Under the pieces are notes generated by a model, which did no database searches, was not told the origin of the DNA, and worked only from the letters and a program-made list of their open reading frames with translations. Of a stretch of 64,000 nt of DNA, positions 1 through 14,239 are shown one piece after another (the first letter of the stretch is position 1; the number at the start of each line of letters is the position of its first letter). Both the position numbers and the translations under genes were made by a program. Source of the stretch: Octopus vulgaris (lineage: Eukaryota); NCBI GenBank assembly GCA_951406725.2, contig OX597820.1:4092001-4156000 (forward strand), in the 5' to 3' direction.

Positions 1-914
1 ACCTATGCCAGCATGAAAAGCAAATGCTAAACGATGATGATGATGATTATCATCATCATCGTATAATGTCCGTTTTCCATGCTAGCATGGGTTGGACGGT
101 TTGACCAAGGTCTGGGAAGCCAGGAAGCTGCACCAGGCTCCAGTCTGATCTGGCAGTGTTTCTACAGCTGGATGCCCTTCCTCACGCCAACCACTCCGTG
201 AGTGTAGTGGGTGCTTTTTACGTGCCAGGCAAGGCTGGCAACGGCCACGATCGAAAACCATTATTCTATGCTAATTCAGTTAATTTTGTCAAGCTTCCTT
301 TTCAGTTTGTAAGAGAGAAATTTAAATGTAATAAAATGTTTTAAAAGAAATCTAAAGTGCCTACGGGATAACTGTAAACCCACTTTGGGGTCACCCTGTA
401 GAGTAACTCTTAGCTCCAGCCTTTGGTTCCTATTTCCACAGAGGCATATGGATGCCCTCAGTTTAAAACCCCAGGTACAGATCACTTTGTAAAGGGCCTG
501 CTTAGAGAAAAGTTACCATTGCCGAGTTGATTCAGTGAGCTCTGTTTAAATAATCCTTCAATCACCATTCTGACTTAAGATGGCTACAACCTTCTTGTAA
601 CAATGTCTGTTGTCCTAAGATTAAAGACTCAAAAAATGTACTTGGTTGATTGACCGATCAATTTATCGAGTAATCGATTAATTAAATGGTTTAATAGATT
701 GACTAATAATAAAAGAAGTGAAAGAGAACCAGTGTGTGTGTTTATCCTTGGCATAATGACTCTCCCAAGACACAACAGGGTCTGTTTCAACACACGAATT
801 CACATGAAGAATCTTGCAAACCAAATACAAAAACAAAATAATTAGAAAATTTGGTTTTCTCTTTAGATAATCCCTGGCTAATACAGTTCTATATTTAAGA
901 GATTAGGAATTATA

Positions 915-1387
915 TATATTATTTACATTTGACGGGTATTTGCCCTCATCTTATTTGTTGTTAACTCAACATTTCAGCTGATATACCCTCCAGCCTTCAT
1001 CAGGTGTCTTGGGGGAAATTTCGAACCTGGGTTCTCATTCCTAAGGTATTTTTCAATGTTATGGGAACTGGTATTAAGAAGGATAGGAAAATATTACATT
1101 TATAAGCCCTAAAAATTCACTTCATAATTGCCCATGGGCATATGGCTTAGTGGTTAACCCCAAGATTCCGAGTTCAATTCCAGGCAGTGACGATGATATG
1201 AAACCATTATTCTATGCTAATTTAGTTAATTTTGTCAAGCTCCCCAACCCTAACAACAACAACAACATCGAAAAATACCTTAGGAATGAGAACCCAGGTT
1301 CAAAATTTCCCCAAGAGAGTATATCAGCCGAAACGTTGCATTAACAACAAACAAGATAAGGACAAATATCCGTCAAATGTAAATAAT
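915..1387 (+). mobile_element. Composite non-autonomous retroelement: inverted arm + tRNA-like head (1136-1191) + forward arm
   Basis: 915-1060 is the reverse complement of 1262-1387. A-box TGGCTTAGTGG and B-box GAGTTCAATTCC lie between the arms. Same architecture as 41900-42236. Confidence 0.7.
963..1008 (-). ncRNA. Degenerate minimal type I hammerhead ribozyme in inverted arm of tRNA-head/HHR element
   Basis: Minus strand reads GACAC CTGATGA A GGCTG gagggtatat CAGCT GAAA TG TT GAGTT. Homologous to the 42148 copy, with mutations in stems I and III. Confidence 0.55.
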
Positions 1388-2548
1388 GTACTTAATCCCT
1401 GGCTATTCTCGTCATTTAAGCTAATTAAGGGTCCAGGCATTAACATTAAAAGAATCTTAATGAAATGGGAGTTACTTTACTGAAATATGGTTCCTGAAAC
1501 ATTTCATGGAATGGCAAAGACACTGGAACATGATGCAGTCCTTGGGCCCATCAGATCCTGTTAAAGCATCTGACTCCCTACCAACATGGAACATGGACAT
1601 AAAATGATGATGTAGTATCATTTTTGTGATATTTTTCAAGTTGTTTTGTGGGATTTTTTATATTCAGAAGCATTCAAAATATTTCTCCTTAATGTCTAAA
1701 AAACAAAAAAGAATGTTCTTGAACCATACGCAAAAAAGGCCATTTTCTGCAGGTTCAGTGGTGGATGTATTCTCCCACTGGATGGAAAGCCGGTCCATCA
1801 GAGGATTATTCTGAGCAGACTGGAGCAAGAATTGAAACCACAATCATGCAATCGTGAGTGCAACACCCTAACCACTGAGCCATGTGCCTCCACATTTATT
1901 TGTATTCTTTTCTACTCTAGGCACAAGGCCTGAAATGTTTTGGGGTGGGAGGGAGCCAGTCGATTAGATCAATCCCCAGTACACAACTGGTACTTAATTT
2001 ATCGACCCCGAAAGAATGAAAGGTAAAGTTGACCTCGGTGGAATTTGAACTCAGAACGTAAAGACAGACGAAATACTGCTGAGCATTTCGCCCATCGTGC
2101 TAACGATTCTGCCACACGCCTCCTTTATTAGTATTACTCTTGTGTCTATACATTTTGTGATAGTGGAGTTGCCGATGGCTAAAAACTACAATTCCTGTTT
2201 AGTTGTGCAATTTTGAAGTTTGCGAAGGTAATGTTTTCTTTGCTGATGGGTTTGTTATGATGATGATGGTGATGGCTTAATATCCTGTCATGTAAGTGAT
2301 AGCCGGGTGCATGGAGCAGAAAGTGATGTATGGTAAATAGTTATTGTACTTAACTCGACCGCTTACGTAAGCTAGAGTCAATTGCTTTATATTACTGTTC
2401 CTTCACTTCTTGTGCTGTCCAGTGGCACAGGGAGGTCAGATGCCCTCGTGGAGAAGCCCTTGTGTTTGCACCCTGCCTCCAAGCCACCAGGTCCTCCCTC
2501 AGTCATAGGCTCGTAAGGCTGGTTTCCTGGATTCTGTGGCATATTCTT

Positions 2549-3268
2549 GAGGGTGGCCATAAATTCACACACCCTCCTGCAATATGGGAAATTGTTAACA
2601 TTCTCCCTTACTTTTTTTAAAATCTCTTTCCACAGCTGCTGATATTACTCACAAACCAATCCTCGTTGGATGGAGTCAAACAATCAACAAGGTGGGGCGT
2701 GGGGGGGGCAAAGGAATGGTGTGGGATTTGGCACAATCATGTAATTGGACCGTTTTATTTTAAGGGCTCTGTGACAGGTGATTCGTATGTGGACCCGGTT
2801 AGCAACTAGATGATGCCTCTCGTGCATTCACTTGGAAAGGGAAATCCTGTCTGGTTTCAGCAGGATGGGGCTCCACCCCCCCCCCCCCATTATGCATTAC
2901 AGGTTCGTGGTTTTCTAAATGAACATTTTCCAAGGAGATGGCTCGGGTGTCACGGGCCAATTGAATGGGCCCCACTGTCACCAGATTTAACTGCCATGGA
3001 CTTTTTCTTCTGGGGCTTCATTAAATCCCTTGTGTATTCTGAAAAGATTCGTGACCAAGGACATCTTCAAAGAATTGTCGAAGCGTGTGAACAAGTCAAA
3101 GGAAATGAAGAGTAATTTGAGAGGGTTCATCGCAATTTCAAATTCCGTATGAACACTTGTTTAGAGCTCCATGGCCAACACTTTGAACGTTTGTAATGGA
3201 TTGCCTACTTCTTTGCTAATAAAGCATACTTGATATCTCCCATGGTGCGTGGCTTTGTGGCCACCCTG
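2549..3268 (+). mobile_element. Internally deleted Tc1/mariner-superfamily transposon
   Basis: Imperfect TIRs (AGGGTGGCCATAAA... / ...TTTGTGGCCACCCTG). ORF 2810-3115 has WFQQDGAP..H and WAPLSPDLTAMDFFFWG (DDD catalytic motifs). Confidence 0.85.
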
Positions 3269-6081
3269 TCTGTTGTAGGATTCCTCGCTTTTGCAAGCTG
3301 AAAGGACTGGAGCAACATGAGATGAAGTGTCTCGCTCAAGAACACAATGCTATGCCCAGTCCAGGTCTTGAAACCACAATCTTAAAATCATCATCGTCGT
3401 CGTTGTTTAACGTCTGCTTTCCATGCTGGCATGGATTGGATGGTTTGAGTGAGGGCTGGCAAGCCAGAAGGCTGCACCAAGCTCCAATCTGATCTGGCAA
3501 AGCTTCTACAGCTGGATGTCCCTCCTAACGCCAACCACTCTGAGAGTGAGCACAATATCCTGATGCAGCAGGCCCAAGCATGCTGCCTCCATAAAAGTGT
3601 GGCCCAGGGCAGACTGCCACCCACCCCCAAGCTATGCTATTGGCATCGTCTCATGATGCTGTGTGCACCAAAGACTCTTCCAATGATGGTGTTTGAGAAT
3701 CTGTTGTGGTGGAGCAGTTGCAACAGTGTTGTTCTTGAGAATTGCAGCAACGATGTCTTTTAGTCATTTACTTGTTCCATTTATTAGATTGTGCCCATGC
3801 TGGGGCATCACATTTGAAAAAGTTTTACTTGAATGAATTGACTCCCGGACTTATTTCTATTGGTGTCTTTTTGTCAAACTGCTAAGTTATAGGGACACAA
3901 ACACACTGATACTGGTTGTATCATTTGGTGGTGGAGGACAAACAGACAGACACACATATATATATCTGTAATATATTTGATGGGCTTCTTTCAGTTTCAA
4001 TTTCAATCTACCAAATCCACTCATAAGGCTTTGGTTGGACCAAGTCTATAACAGGTGCCACACAGTGGGACAGAACTCAGAGCCATGTGGTTGGGAAGCA
4101 AACTTCTTAGCACACAGCCAAGCCTGTAAAAGAGGTCTAAATTTGCATTGGAAAAAATTAATGAAAGCAATAATTTCGAAGTAACCATATTTAATTATTA
4201 CAAATCCTTTACAAAATTTAAGACAGCTTAACAACAAAAACTGGCTGTGTGGTAAGTAGCTTGCTTACCAACCACATGGTTCCAGGTTCAGTCCCACTGT
4301 GTGGCACCTTGGGCAAGTGTCTTCTACTATAGCCCTTGGGCCAACCAAAGCCTTGTGAGTGGATTTGGTAGACAGAAACTGAAAGAAGCCTGTCATTTTA
4401 TGTGTGTGTGTGTGTTTTTGTGTCTGACTTTATCCTTCCATCATTGCTTGACAACCGATGTTGGTGTGTTTACATCCCCCATAACTTAGGGGTTTGGCAA
4501 AAGCGATCGACAGAATAAGTACCAGGCTTATAAAGAATAAGTCCTGGGGTTGATTTCTTAGACTAAAAGGCGGTGCTCCAGTATGGCTGCAGTCAAATGA
4601 CTGAAACGAATAGAAGAATCAAAGAATACCTCTAAAAGTTATCCCAAATTAATTGGGAAAAGTAATTTTTTCGCCTCTGAGCAGAGTTATCTGTGGCTGG
4701 TTGGCCGATCCGGTTTGTTTGGGGGAAGAACAGGATTGGTATTAGTACAAGTTAGTAACCAAATACACCACGATTAAGAACGACTGTCAGTAACTAAGTG
4801 AACGGCACACAAATCTCGTTCCCTACTAGCTGACGAAACGAACCAAGAAAGAGGCCTCTGTGTGGTATCTTGGTATCCTAGAAATAGCAGCCCACCATCT
4901 TTTTTGTCTGTTTTTTGACAAAAGGATACAGGAATGCATGAACTTAAATATACTGTCCGGGTGGGGTGGGGGACAGAAAAAACCCCAAAAACAAATCAAA
5001 GGTAAAAAAAACCCGGAATAATCTCAGCTGGAATGCTTTAAAAGCATGTCAGGGCTTGGCTAGGGTCAAACAACGGAGCTTGGCAAGGAACAAGGAATCT
5101 GTGGGTATTGGAGGAGATGGCGTTGAAGTAGACAACACATGTGAGGTATTTGTCTGTGGGAGTTGCTGCTTAGAAGTTATTTGGGTTACAGAATGGCGGT
5201 TGAGATTCCGCAAAGCTGGAATAGTTGTTAGGCATTTCCATGATTATTGATATCTACGCACAAACAGTGTAGTCTCTACGTAGTCGTTCGACCTGCTGGA
5301 AATAGCAGCCAAATAGCTTTCGATTTCACCCTGCCGTCTTAAAGGGGGAAAGAACACAATTAGGGTAATGTAATCGATTCGGAAGATGTTTCTAAACAGA
5401 TGAGATGGTCACGGCTTGATTGCCTTTGATCACAAGCCTGCTCATTCAGGTCTGAACACCACCAACAGGACTCTATATTTGTGAATGTTTGTATCTTTGT
5501 TTACCAGTTCCTGGACAATGGAACTTTTGTGACATTCGAAAGTCTCCGAACAGAATCATAGTTCTTACAGAATCAAATGATTTGCAATATTTACATTTAA
5601 TTCACGAGTTCTTTTTTAGTCCAAACATTATTAAAGCTGGTTTTATTTAGCATTCCTCTAAAGTCGAAAAACTAACAACCATAAATATATCAAACCCGAA
5701 GTGATCGAATATATTCTTCCTTATAAATAAAGAAATACCAGGTCCCCTGCCTTCTTCCACGCTTCACATGTTTATCCGCTTGACGAAATAAATCTCAAAT
5801 AAATTCTCTCATTTTATTATTAATTTAACCATATTAGATTCTTTTGATTTTTATCAATTTGTAAAGAATCGAAGAATCGCTATTTACTCAGAAAAATCCC
5901 AAAGCTAAACCATTTCGTTTCTCCCAGACGAAGGAAGATCCATGTCTGAGACGCGAGGAGGAATCTCTTCAGAACAAACTTATCCGAATTTACCAACTTT
6001 GCTTAATAATTTAAATCGACACCCAACATCACCAGTTCTTCGAATTTGGCTCTTTTAATCCATACATGAAACGTGATTGCA

Positions 6082-6128
<47 letters not shown>

Positions 6129-6717
6129 AGATATATATATTGGGTGGAGTTGGGGGAGTTTTGGGACAGTTATTCCTTGTTTAAAATAGTTTATTGTTAA
6201 TTAATAAAGGATACATTTCAAACCTTAAAAAAACCTATATTTTGAAATCCTTTTTATGGTATGAAATGGTCACTGTATTATTTTTGTCCGCAAATTGGTG
6301 ACACTATCCGTATACTGGCTGCGACGACACTAAACCTTCAAGAATTACGATACTTGGTGACAAACATCGCGACATTATTTCTGATATTTTGATGGGTTGT
6401 GTTTTCGGGGAAATGTTTTGGCGTAAAAAAGAAATTCGGTGCCAAAAACAAAAGAATACAGAGATTTAAAAGATGTTTTTATAGTTTAAATTGAAAAATG
6501 AAAATATTAATTAAAGAATTATTATTAATCATATTTCATATTCTTCGTTAAGTAAGGAAATATTTTTTTTTATAAAAAATGTCTAATCTTCGAAAAACGT
6601 AAGAACAAAACGATGCCAAACTAAATAAATACCTTGGATGTCGGTAAAAGAAAACAGAAATGGATTTGGTAATTCCTCAAGAATACAACATCAGAATTTG
6701 GTTAGATCAACTCTTAC

Positions 6718-6756
6718 GGCAATGTTTTCTGGTCTCCGTTTCTTTGTCGAAGGCAT
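6718..6756 (-). CDS. Possible first coding exon of a second gene (MPSTKKRRPENIA)
   Basis: ACAATG context and GCC|GTAAGA donor, within a unique, relatively CpG-rich block (~5700-7150). No downstream exon identified in the window. Confidence 0.3.
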
Positions 6757-7294
6757 TGTCTTCGGATTTGGTGTCGTGGTGTCACAAAGACACAATAAAC
6801 ACATCTAATTAACAAACAATTAAGAAAATAAATTAATAAACAATTAGCACAGTTCTCTCTCGCAGTGGATCCCTTTCGAATCGATTACCATTGTCTAACC
6901 ATATTCGATCGACTAGTTACCGCTGACGGAATCGGTCAGCTTTTGTTCCTGACACATTATTTCTTTCGTCTTCATTCGCTCAGTCGTTCCAATGTTTAGA
7001 GTCTCGCATGGAAATACCAAATATTCACCACACAGACATGTCGTATCGAAGAATTTTGGAAAAGTTTGCTTCTGTATTTGTTAGTGGTCTTAATAAGTTG
7101 TTTCCCTTCTTGTAAATATTTTTTTTTACAAGACTTCATGGAATCGCAGACTTTCCGTGTTTTCTTTGAATGTCTATCTCACACTTTATATAAAATACAG
7201 TTTTTTACTTTATTTGCTCATTTAAACAATTTTATTAAAAATACATACATTTATAACTCGCATTATAAAATACGTTAATATATACAACACACGC

Positions 7295-8045
<751 letters not shown>

Positions 8046-8046
8046 T

Positions 8047-9080
8047 TTACTCTTTTACTTGTTTCAGCCATCCGGCTGAGGCCATGCTGGGGCACCGCCC
8101 TTGTTGCTACCCTCTCTAAGTCCAGTTTGCCGTGGCTGGCCACTGATCTAAGAGAGAGTTTGTAGCTGCTGCCCTTAGGTTACCTTCGTACCTTGCAGTG
8201 GGTTCATCTGGGATCCCGGAAAGCAGCTTGTCTAGATGTTTTTTGAAAATGTCCACATCCGCATCATGTAGATCTCTTAGTTTTCTTGGCAGTTTGTTGA
8301 ACAGCTGAGGGCCCCTGCACCCCAGGCTATTACAGTATCTGCTCCTTACCCTGGATGTGGAAGACGGGACCTTTGGCACCACACAGTGACGTCCTGTACG
8401 GGGATTGGAACAGCTCTCAATTCCAAAATTTGGTGCTAGTCCCTCCAGGATTTTCCATATGTATATCACTGCATATCTCTCTCGTCTTCGTTCCAAGGAG
8501 TACAAATTGAGTTCCCTAAGCCTCTCCCAATAGTTCTTTTCTTTCATGGTGGAAATCCTCTTGGTGAAATGTCTTTGGATTGTCTCAAGCTCTGTGGTTA
8601 GTTTGACACTATGCGGTGACCACAGTTGGGAGCAGTAGTCCAGGCGGCTTAGGACAAATGTCCTCCATAGTGTCAACATGGTCTCGCAGTCTCTTGTCCG
8701 GAATGTCCTCAGGATCCAGCCAGTGAGTCGTCTGCACATTGTCGCCACCTTCGCGATGTGTGAAGAAAAAGATGCATCGTCACTCATGTCTATCCCCAGG
8801 TCCCGTATTGATTTCGATACTGGGATTTCGATCCCTCCTGGACCAGTATAGTTGTGTTGTAATGTATATGTGTTTACAGCTTGATATTGTAAGGCTTGAA
8901 ATTTACCAGCATTAAATTGCATGTTGTTGTCTTCAGCCCATTTGTATATGGCATCCAGATCTTGTTGTAAAAGGTCAGCATCAGCTGGGTTTTTGATTGC
9001 CTGTGCTACCTTTGTGTCATCAGCATAGCTAGTGAGGGATGTTGTTTGTGCTACCAAGGGCATGTCAGTGAGCGCCACCA
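8047..9080 (-). mobile_element. CR1-group LINE, 5'-truncated (RT C-terminal part + 3' tail)
   Basis: YADDTK...[20 protein letters not shown]...RDLG...[10 protein letters not shown]...LYSLERRR. Short 3' stem-loop tail. The YI-repeat N-terminus of the ORF is microsatellite. Confidence 0.85.
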
Positions 9081-10104
9081 AAAACATACATACATATATA
9101 TATATATAGATATATATATATGTATATATACATACATACATATATATATAGATATATATATATATGTATATATACATATATACATAAATATGTATATATA
9201 TATATGTATATATACATATATAGATATATATATATATGTATATATACATATATACATAAATATGTATATATATATATGTATATATACATATATACATAAA
9301 TATGTATATATATATGTATATATATATATATTCTATCACATTGGTGACATCTATAAATTTGCTTTTCGGTTTTTAAATTGCTAATAAACCACCCACATTA
9401 TTGATTACACACGCACACACACAAAGGGTCATAAGACCGGGAAGTTGGTCTCTGTAGCATATTGGACGGGGCGTTTGGCCATTCATTTTTGCCAGCTGAT
9501 GGACTGGATCGAAGTGAAATGAAGTGTTTTGCTCAAGAACACAACACCTCGCCCAGGAATCGAAACCACAAACACGAGTGCAACACCCTAACCACTAAGC
9601 TACACACTTCTATAATATATCTTTTACTTGTTTCAGTCATTAGTCTGCGGCCATGTTGGAGCATTGCCTTGAAGAATTCTTTTATCGAATGAATCAACTC
9701 CAGTACCTCTTTTCTTAAAACCTGGTGTTTATTTTGTCGGTTTCTTTTACTGAACTGCTAGATTACGGAGACGTAAACAAAACAACACCAGTTGTCAAAC
9801 GGTAGTAGGGGACAAAGACAAAGACACGGCGGGCTTCTTTCAGTTTCTGTCTACCAAATACATTTGCAAGGCTTTAGTCGGCTTGAGGCTACGGTAGAAG
9901 ACACATGCTCAATGTGCCACACAGTGAGACTGAACCCGGAGCAATGTGGTTGGGAAGCAAGCTTCTTACCACACACCCACGCCTGAATACACACACACAC
10001 ACACACACACCCATTTTATTGAAATAAAACATTTACTCTACCTCTGGTATTTGAGTACGATTTTTTTTCCACTTTGTTTCACGTTTATGTGCTTACTCCG
10101 GGAT

Positions 10105-12330
10105 CATCATCATCATCATCATCATCGTTTAACGTCCGTTCTCCATGCTAGCATGGGTTGGACGGTTCGACCGGGGTTCTGGGAAGCCAGAAGGCTGCAC
10201 CAGGCTCCAGTCTAATCTGGCAGTGTTTCTACAGCTGGATGCCCTTCCTAACGCCAACCACTCCGTGAGTGTAGTGGGTGCTTTTTACGTGCCACCTGCA
10301 CAGGTGCCAGGTGAGGCTGGCAACGGCCACGGTCGGATTGGTGTATTTTATGTGCCACCGGCACGGAAGCCAGTCGAGGCGGTGCTGGCATCGGCCACGA
10401 GTCGGATAGTGCTTTTTACGTATCACCAGACCAGGGATCCTGGCTGGTTCAATTCGATTTCGATTTCGCTTGCCCCAACATGTCTTCACAAGCAAAGGGG
10501 GTTGGCATGGGTGCCTGTCGTACGGTCGCATTGGAGTATTTTACGTGCCACGGCCACGAGTCGGATAGTGCTTTTTATGTACCACCAGACCAGGGATCCT
10601 GGCTGGTTCAATTCGGTTTCGATTTCGCTTGCCCCAATATGTCTTTGCAAGCAGGGGGGGTTGGCATGGGTGTCTGTCGTCGGATGAGGTTCTATATCGA
10701 CTTCGCTTGCCTCAACAGGTCTTTGTGTCCAAGGGAGGAAAGGCATTCATAAGTGGGCTGGGCTCACTTGTCCTGCCTGGTCTTCTCACGTACAGAATAT
10801 TTCCAAAGGTCTTGGTCGCTGGTCATTTCCTCAGTGAGGCCTAAAGTTCGAAGGTCGTGCTTCACCACCTCGTCCCAGGTTTTCCTGGGTCTACCTCTTC
10901 CACGGGTTCCCTCAACTGCTAGGGATTGGCACTTTCTCACACACCTATCTTCATCCATTCTCGCCACATGACCATACCAGCGCAATCGTCTCTCTTGCAC
11001 GCAACAACTGATGCTTCTTAGGTACAACATTTCTCTCAAGGTGCTAACGCTCTGTCGAGTATGTACACTGACATTACACATCCATCGGAGCATACTGGCT
11101 TCAATCCTCACGAGCTTACGCATGTCCTCAGCAGTCACGGCCCATGTTTCGCTGCCATGTAGCATGGCTGTTCGTACACACGCATCATACAGTCTGCCTT
11201 TTACTCTGAGCGAGAGGCCTTTAGTCACCAGCAGAGGTAAGAGCTCCCTAAACTTTGCCCAGGCTATTCTTATTCTAGTAGTTACACTTTCAGCGCACCC
11301 GCCCCCACTACTGACTTGGTCACCTAGATAACGGAAGCTATCAACTACTTCTAGTTTTTCCCCCTGGAAAGTGACGGAAGTTGTTTTCTGCAGATTTTCG
11401 GAGGTTAATGCTCCCGAGCATCTGCCACATACAAAAACTATCATCCCAGTTAGCCTACCTTTGACATTGCTGCACCTCTTATGTGTCCATAGCTTACACT
11501 GGGTACATCTTATAGAGTTTCTACCTACACCTTTTCTACAGATCGAGCAGGGCCATCTTCCTGAAGACATTTGTGGATTGTCTACCTTCCTACTTATTAG
11601 TACTTTGGTTTTAGCTAGGTTGACTCTAAGACCCCTTGATTCTAAACCCTCCTTCCACACCTGGAACTTCTCCTCCAGTTCTGATAGTGACTCAGCAATA
11701 AGAGCAAGGTCGTCAGCGTAGAGGAGCTCCCAGGAACAGCCTGTCTTGAATTCCTCCGTAATTGCCTGGAGTACTATGATAAATAGGAGGGGGCTGAGTA
11801 CTGAACCCTGGTGGACCCCAACCTCTACTTTGAATTCTTCTGTGTACATGTTGCCAACCCTAACCTTACTTACAGCATCTCTGTACATGGCTTGCACAGT
11901 CCTCACCAGCCATTCATCTATCCCTAGTTTCCTCATTGACCACCAGATAAGGGATCGGGGGACCCTATCAAAAGCTTTCTCCATGTCAATGAAAGCCAGG
12001 TACAGGGGCTTATCTTTGGCTAGGTATTTCTCCTGCAGCTGCCTTACCATGAATATAGCATCAGTGGTACTTTTCCCTGGCACGAACCCAAACTGCATCT
12101 CATCTAAACTAACTCTCTCTCTAATTAGTTGGGCTATGACCCTCTCCGTAACCTTCATTACCTGATCCAACAGCTTGATACCCCTGTAGTTATTTGTATC
12201 TAGGGCGTCACCTTTACCTTTGTAGCAGTTGACTAGTATGCTGCTGCACCAGTCATTGGGTATGACTCCTTCGTGTATCACCTGGTTGACTATACGGGTG
12301 ACTAGGTTATAGCCGACACTGCCAGATATT
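10105..12330 (-). mobile_element. RTE-clade LINE, 5'-truncated, with an uninterrupted 505-aa RT ORF (10764-12281) and 3' UTR ending in (GAT)n
   Basis: NYRGIKLL, QFGF, FIDMEKAFDRV, GVHQGSVLSP, YADD, FRYLG, RLRWYGHVARM, RGRGRPRKTW motifs. Confidence 0.93.
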
Positions 12331-12331
12331 T

Positions 12332-12379
<48 letters not shown>

Positions 12380-12401
12380 GTATATATATATATATATATA
12401 C

Positions 12402-12456
<55 letters not shown>

Positions 12457-12482
12457 TATATACATATATATATATATGTACG

Positions 12483-12550
<68 letters not shown>

Positions 12551-12552
<2 letters not shown>

Positions 12553-12946
12553 CGCAGGAGTGGCTGTGTGGTAAGTAGCTTGTTTACCAACCACATGGTT
12601 CTGGGTTCAGTCCCACTGCATGGCACCTTGGGCAAGTGTCTTCTACTATAGCCTCGGCCCGACCAAAGCCTTGTGAGTGGATTTGGTAGACGGCAACTGA
12701 AAGAAGCCCGTCGTATATATGTATATATATATGTGTGTGTGTGTTTGTGTGTCCGTGTTTGTCCCCCTAGCATTGCTTGACAACCGATGCTGGTGTGTTT
12801 ATGTCTCCGTCACTTAGCGGTTCGGCAAAACATCCCGATAGAATAAGTAGTGGGCTTACAAAGAATAAGTGCCGGGGTCGAGTTGCTCGATTAAAGGCAG
12901 TGCTCCAGCATGGCCGCAGTCAAATGATTGAAACAATTAAAAGAGT
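12551..12946 (+). mobile_element. tRNA-derived SINE family A (CORE-like centre, CR1-type tail)
   Basis: A/B-box-like TGGCTGTGTGG and GGTTCAGTCCC, central CCTTGGGCAAGTG, tail CAGCATGGCCGCAGTCAAATGACTGAAAC. Further copies at ~3765-4120(-), 4241-4625(+), 9620-9985(-), 13266-13648(-), 20990-21272(+), 27510-27740(-), 30388-30720(-), 38850-39262(-), 43445-43603(+), 60373-61043(-). Confidence 0.85.
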
Positions 12947-12979
12947 ATATATATATGTACGTAAATATATATATATATT

Positions 12980-13024
<45 letters not shown>

Positions 13025-13101
13025 ATATAAATACATATATATATGTATGTATATATATATATGTATGTGTATAGATATATATATATATATATGATGATGA
13101 T

Positions 13102-13150
<49 letters not shown>

Positions 13151-13662
13151 GTGAATCATATCACTTATGTAATCATTCCTAATCATTTTCTGGTGTCTTA
13201 CATGTTGACATGCCTTGGTTTTTAATCCTTAGAAATGAAGTTTATGTGTGCTTGTGTGTGTATTTATTCTTTTATTTGTTTCAGTCATTTGACTGTGGCC
13301 ATGCTGGAGCACTGTCTTCATTCGAACAAACTGACCCCAGGACTTATTCATTGTAAGCCTAGTACTTAATCTATTGGATCTCTTTTGCTGAACTGCTAAG
13401 TTATGGGGACATAAACACACCTGCATTGGTTGTCAAGCGATGGTGGGGTAGGGACAGACACACAAACATGTACATATCTATATACACAACGGGCTTCTTT
13501 CAGTTTCCGTTTACAAAATCCACTCACGAGGCTTAGGTCGGCCCGAGGTTATAGTAGAAGACACTTGCCCAAGGTACCATGCAGTGGGACTGAACCTGGA
13601 ACCATGTGGTTGGGAAGCAAGCATCTTACCACACAGCCACTCCTGCACCTTTGTGTGTATAA

Positions 13663-13709
<47 letters not shown>

Positions 13710-14062
13710 ATTGAAAAAAATTGAATTTGTGCATTTCAGAATTGAAATCACATGTTTACAACAGGGTCTTTGAGGAAAATATTTGTAAAGATGTTTTTAA
13801 AAAGAGATCTGCATTTGAAATGTCGCTGAGTGTTTCACCAAAAATCTGCTATAAGTTTGATAAAGTGTTTTGCAATGTTATTGCTAATCCGATGAGTCTT
13901 TAACTTGGTCAATGCCGGGTATTTCAGCCTGTAAATAAAGAAATAAGCGAGCAAGAAACCACAACTATAGAAAGGAAAGAATTTTAAATTATATTCCTAA
14001 AGACAATACAATATATTCTCAGGTAGGTTAAGAAATATGATCACTGATAAAGTACCAACAAC

Positions 14063-14099
<37 letters not shown>

Positions 14100-14239
14100 T
14101 TTTAAAAAGGATTGATGTAACTCTTCACAAACGTAAACAGTCAAGACGAAGAGCGTGATTTGATTGTAAGATATTTTATTGTTTGAACGATACAATCAAA
14201 TCACGCTCTTCGTCTTAATAATAATAATAATAATAATAA

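Noticed and set aside
4826-4862. CTGACGA...GAAA hammerhead-like spacing
   Set aside because: No convincing stem II or stem I.
11011-12165. Plus-strand ORFs of 100-140 aa
   Set aside because: Antisense shadows of the RTE reverse transcriptase ORF.
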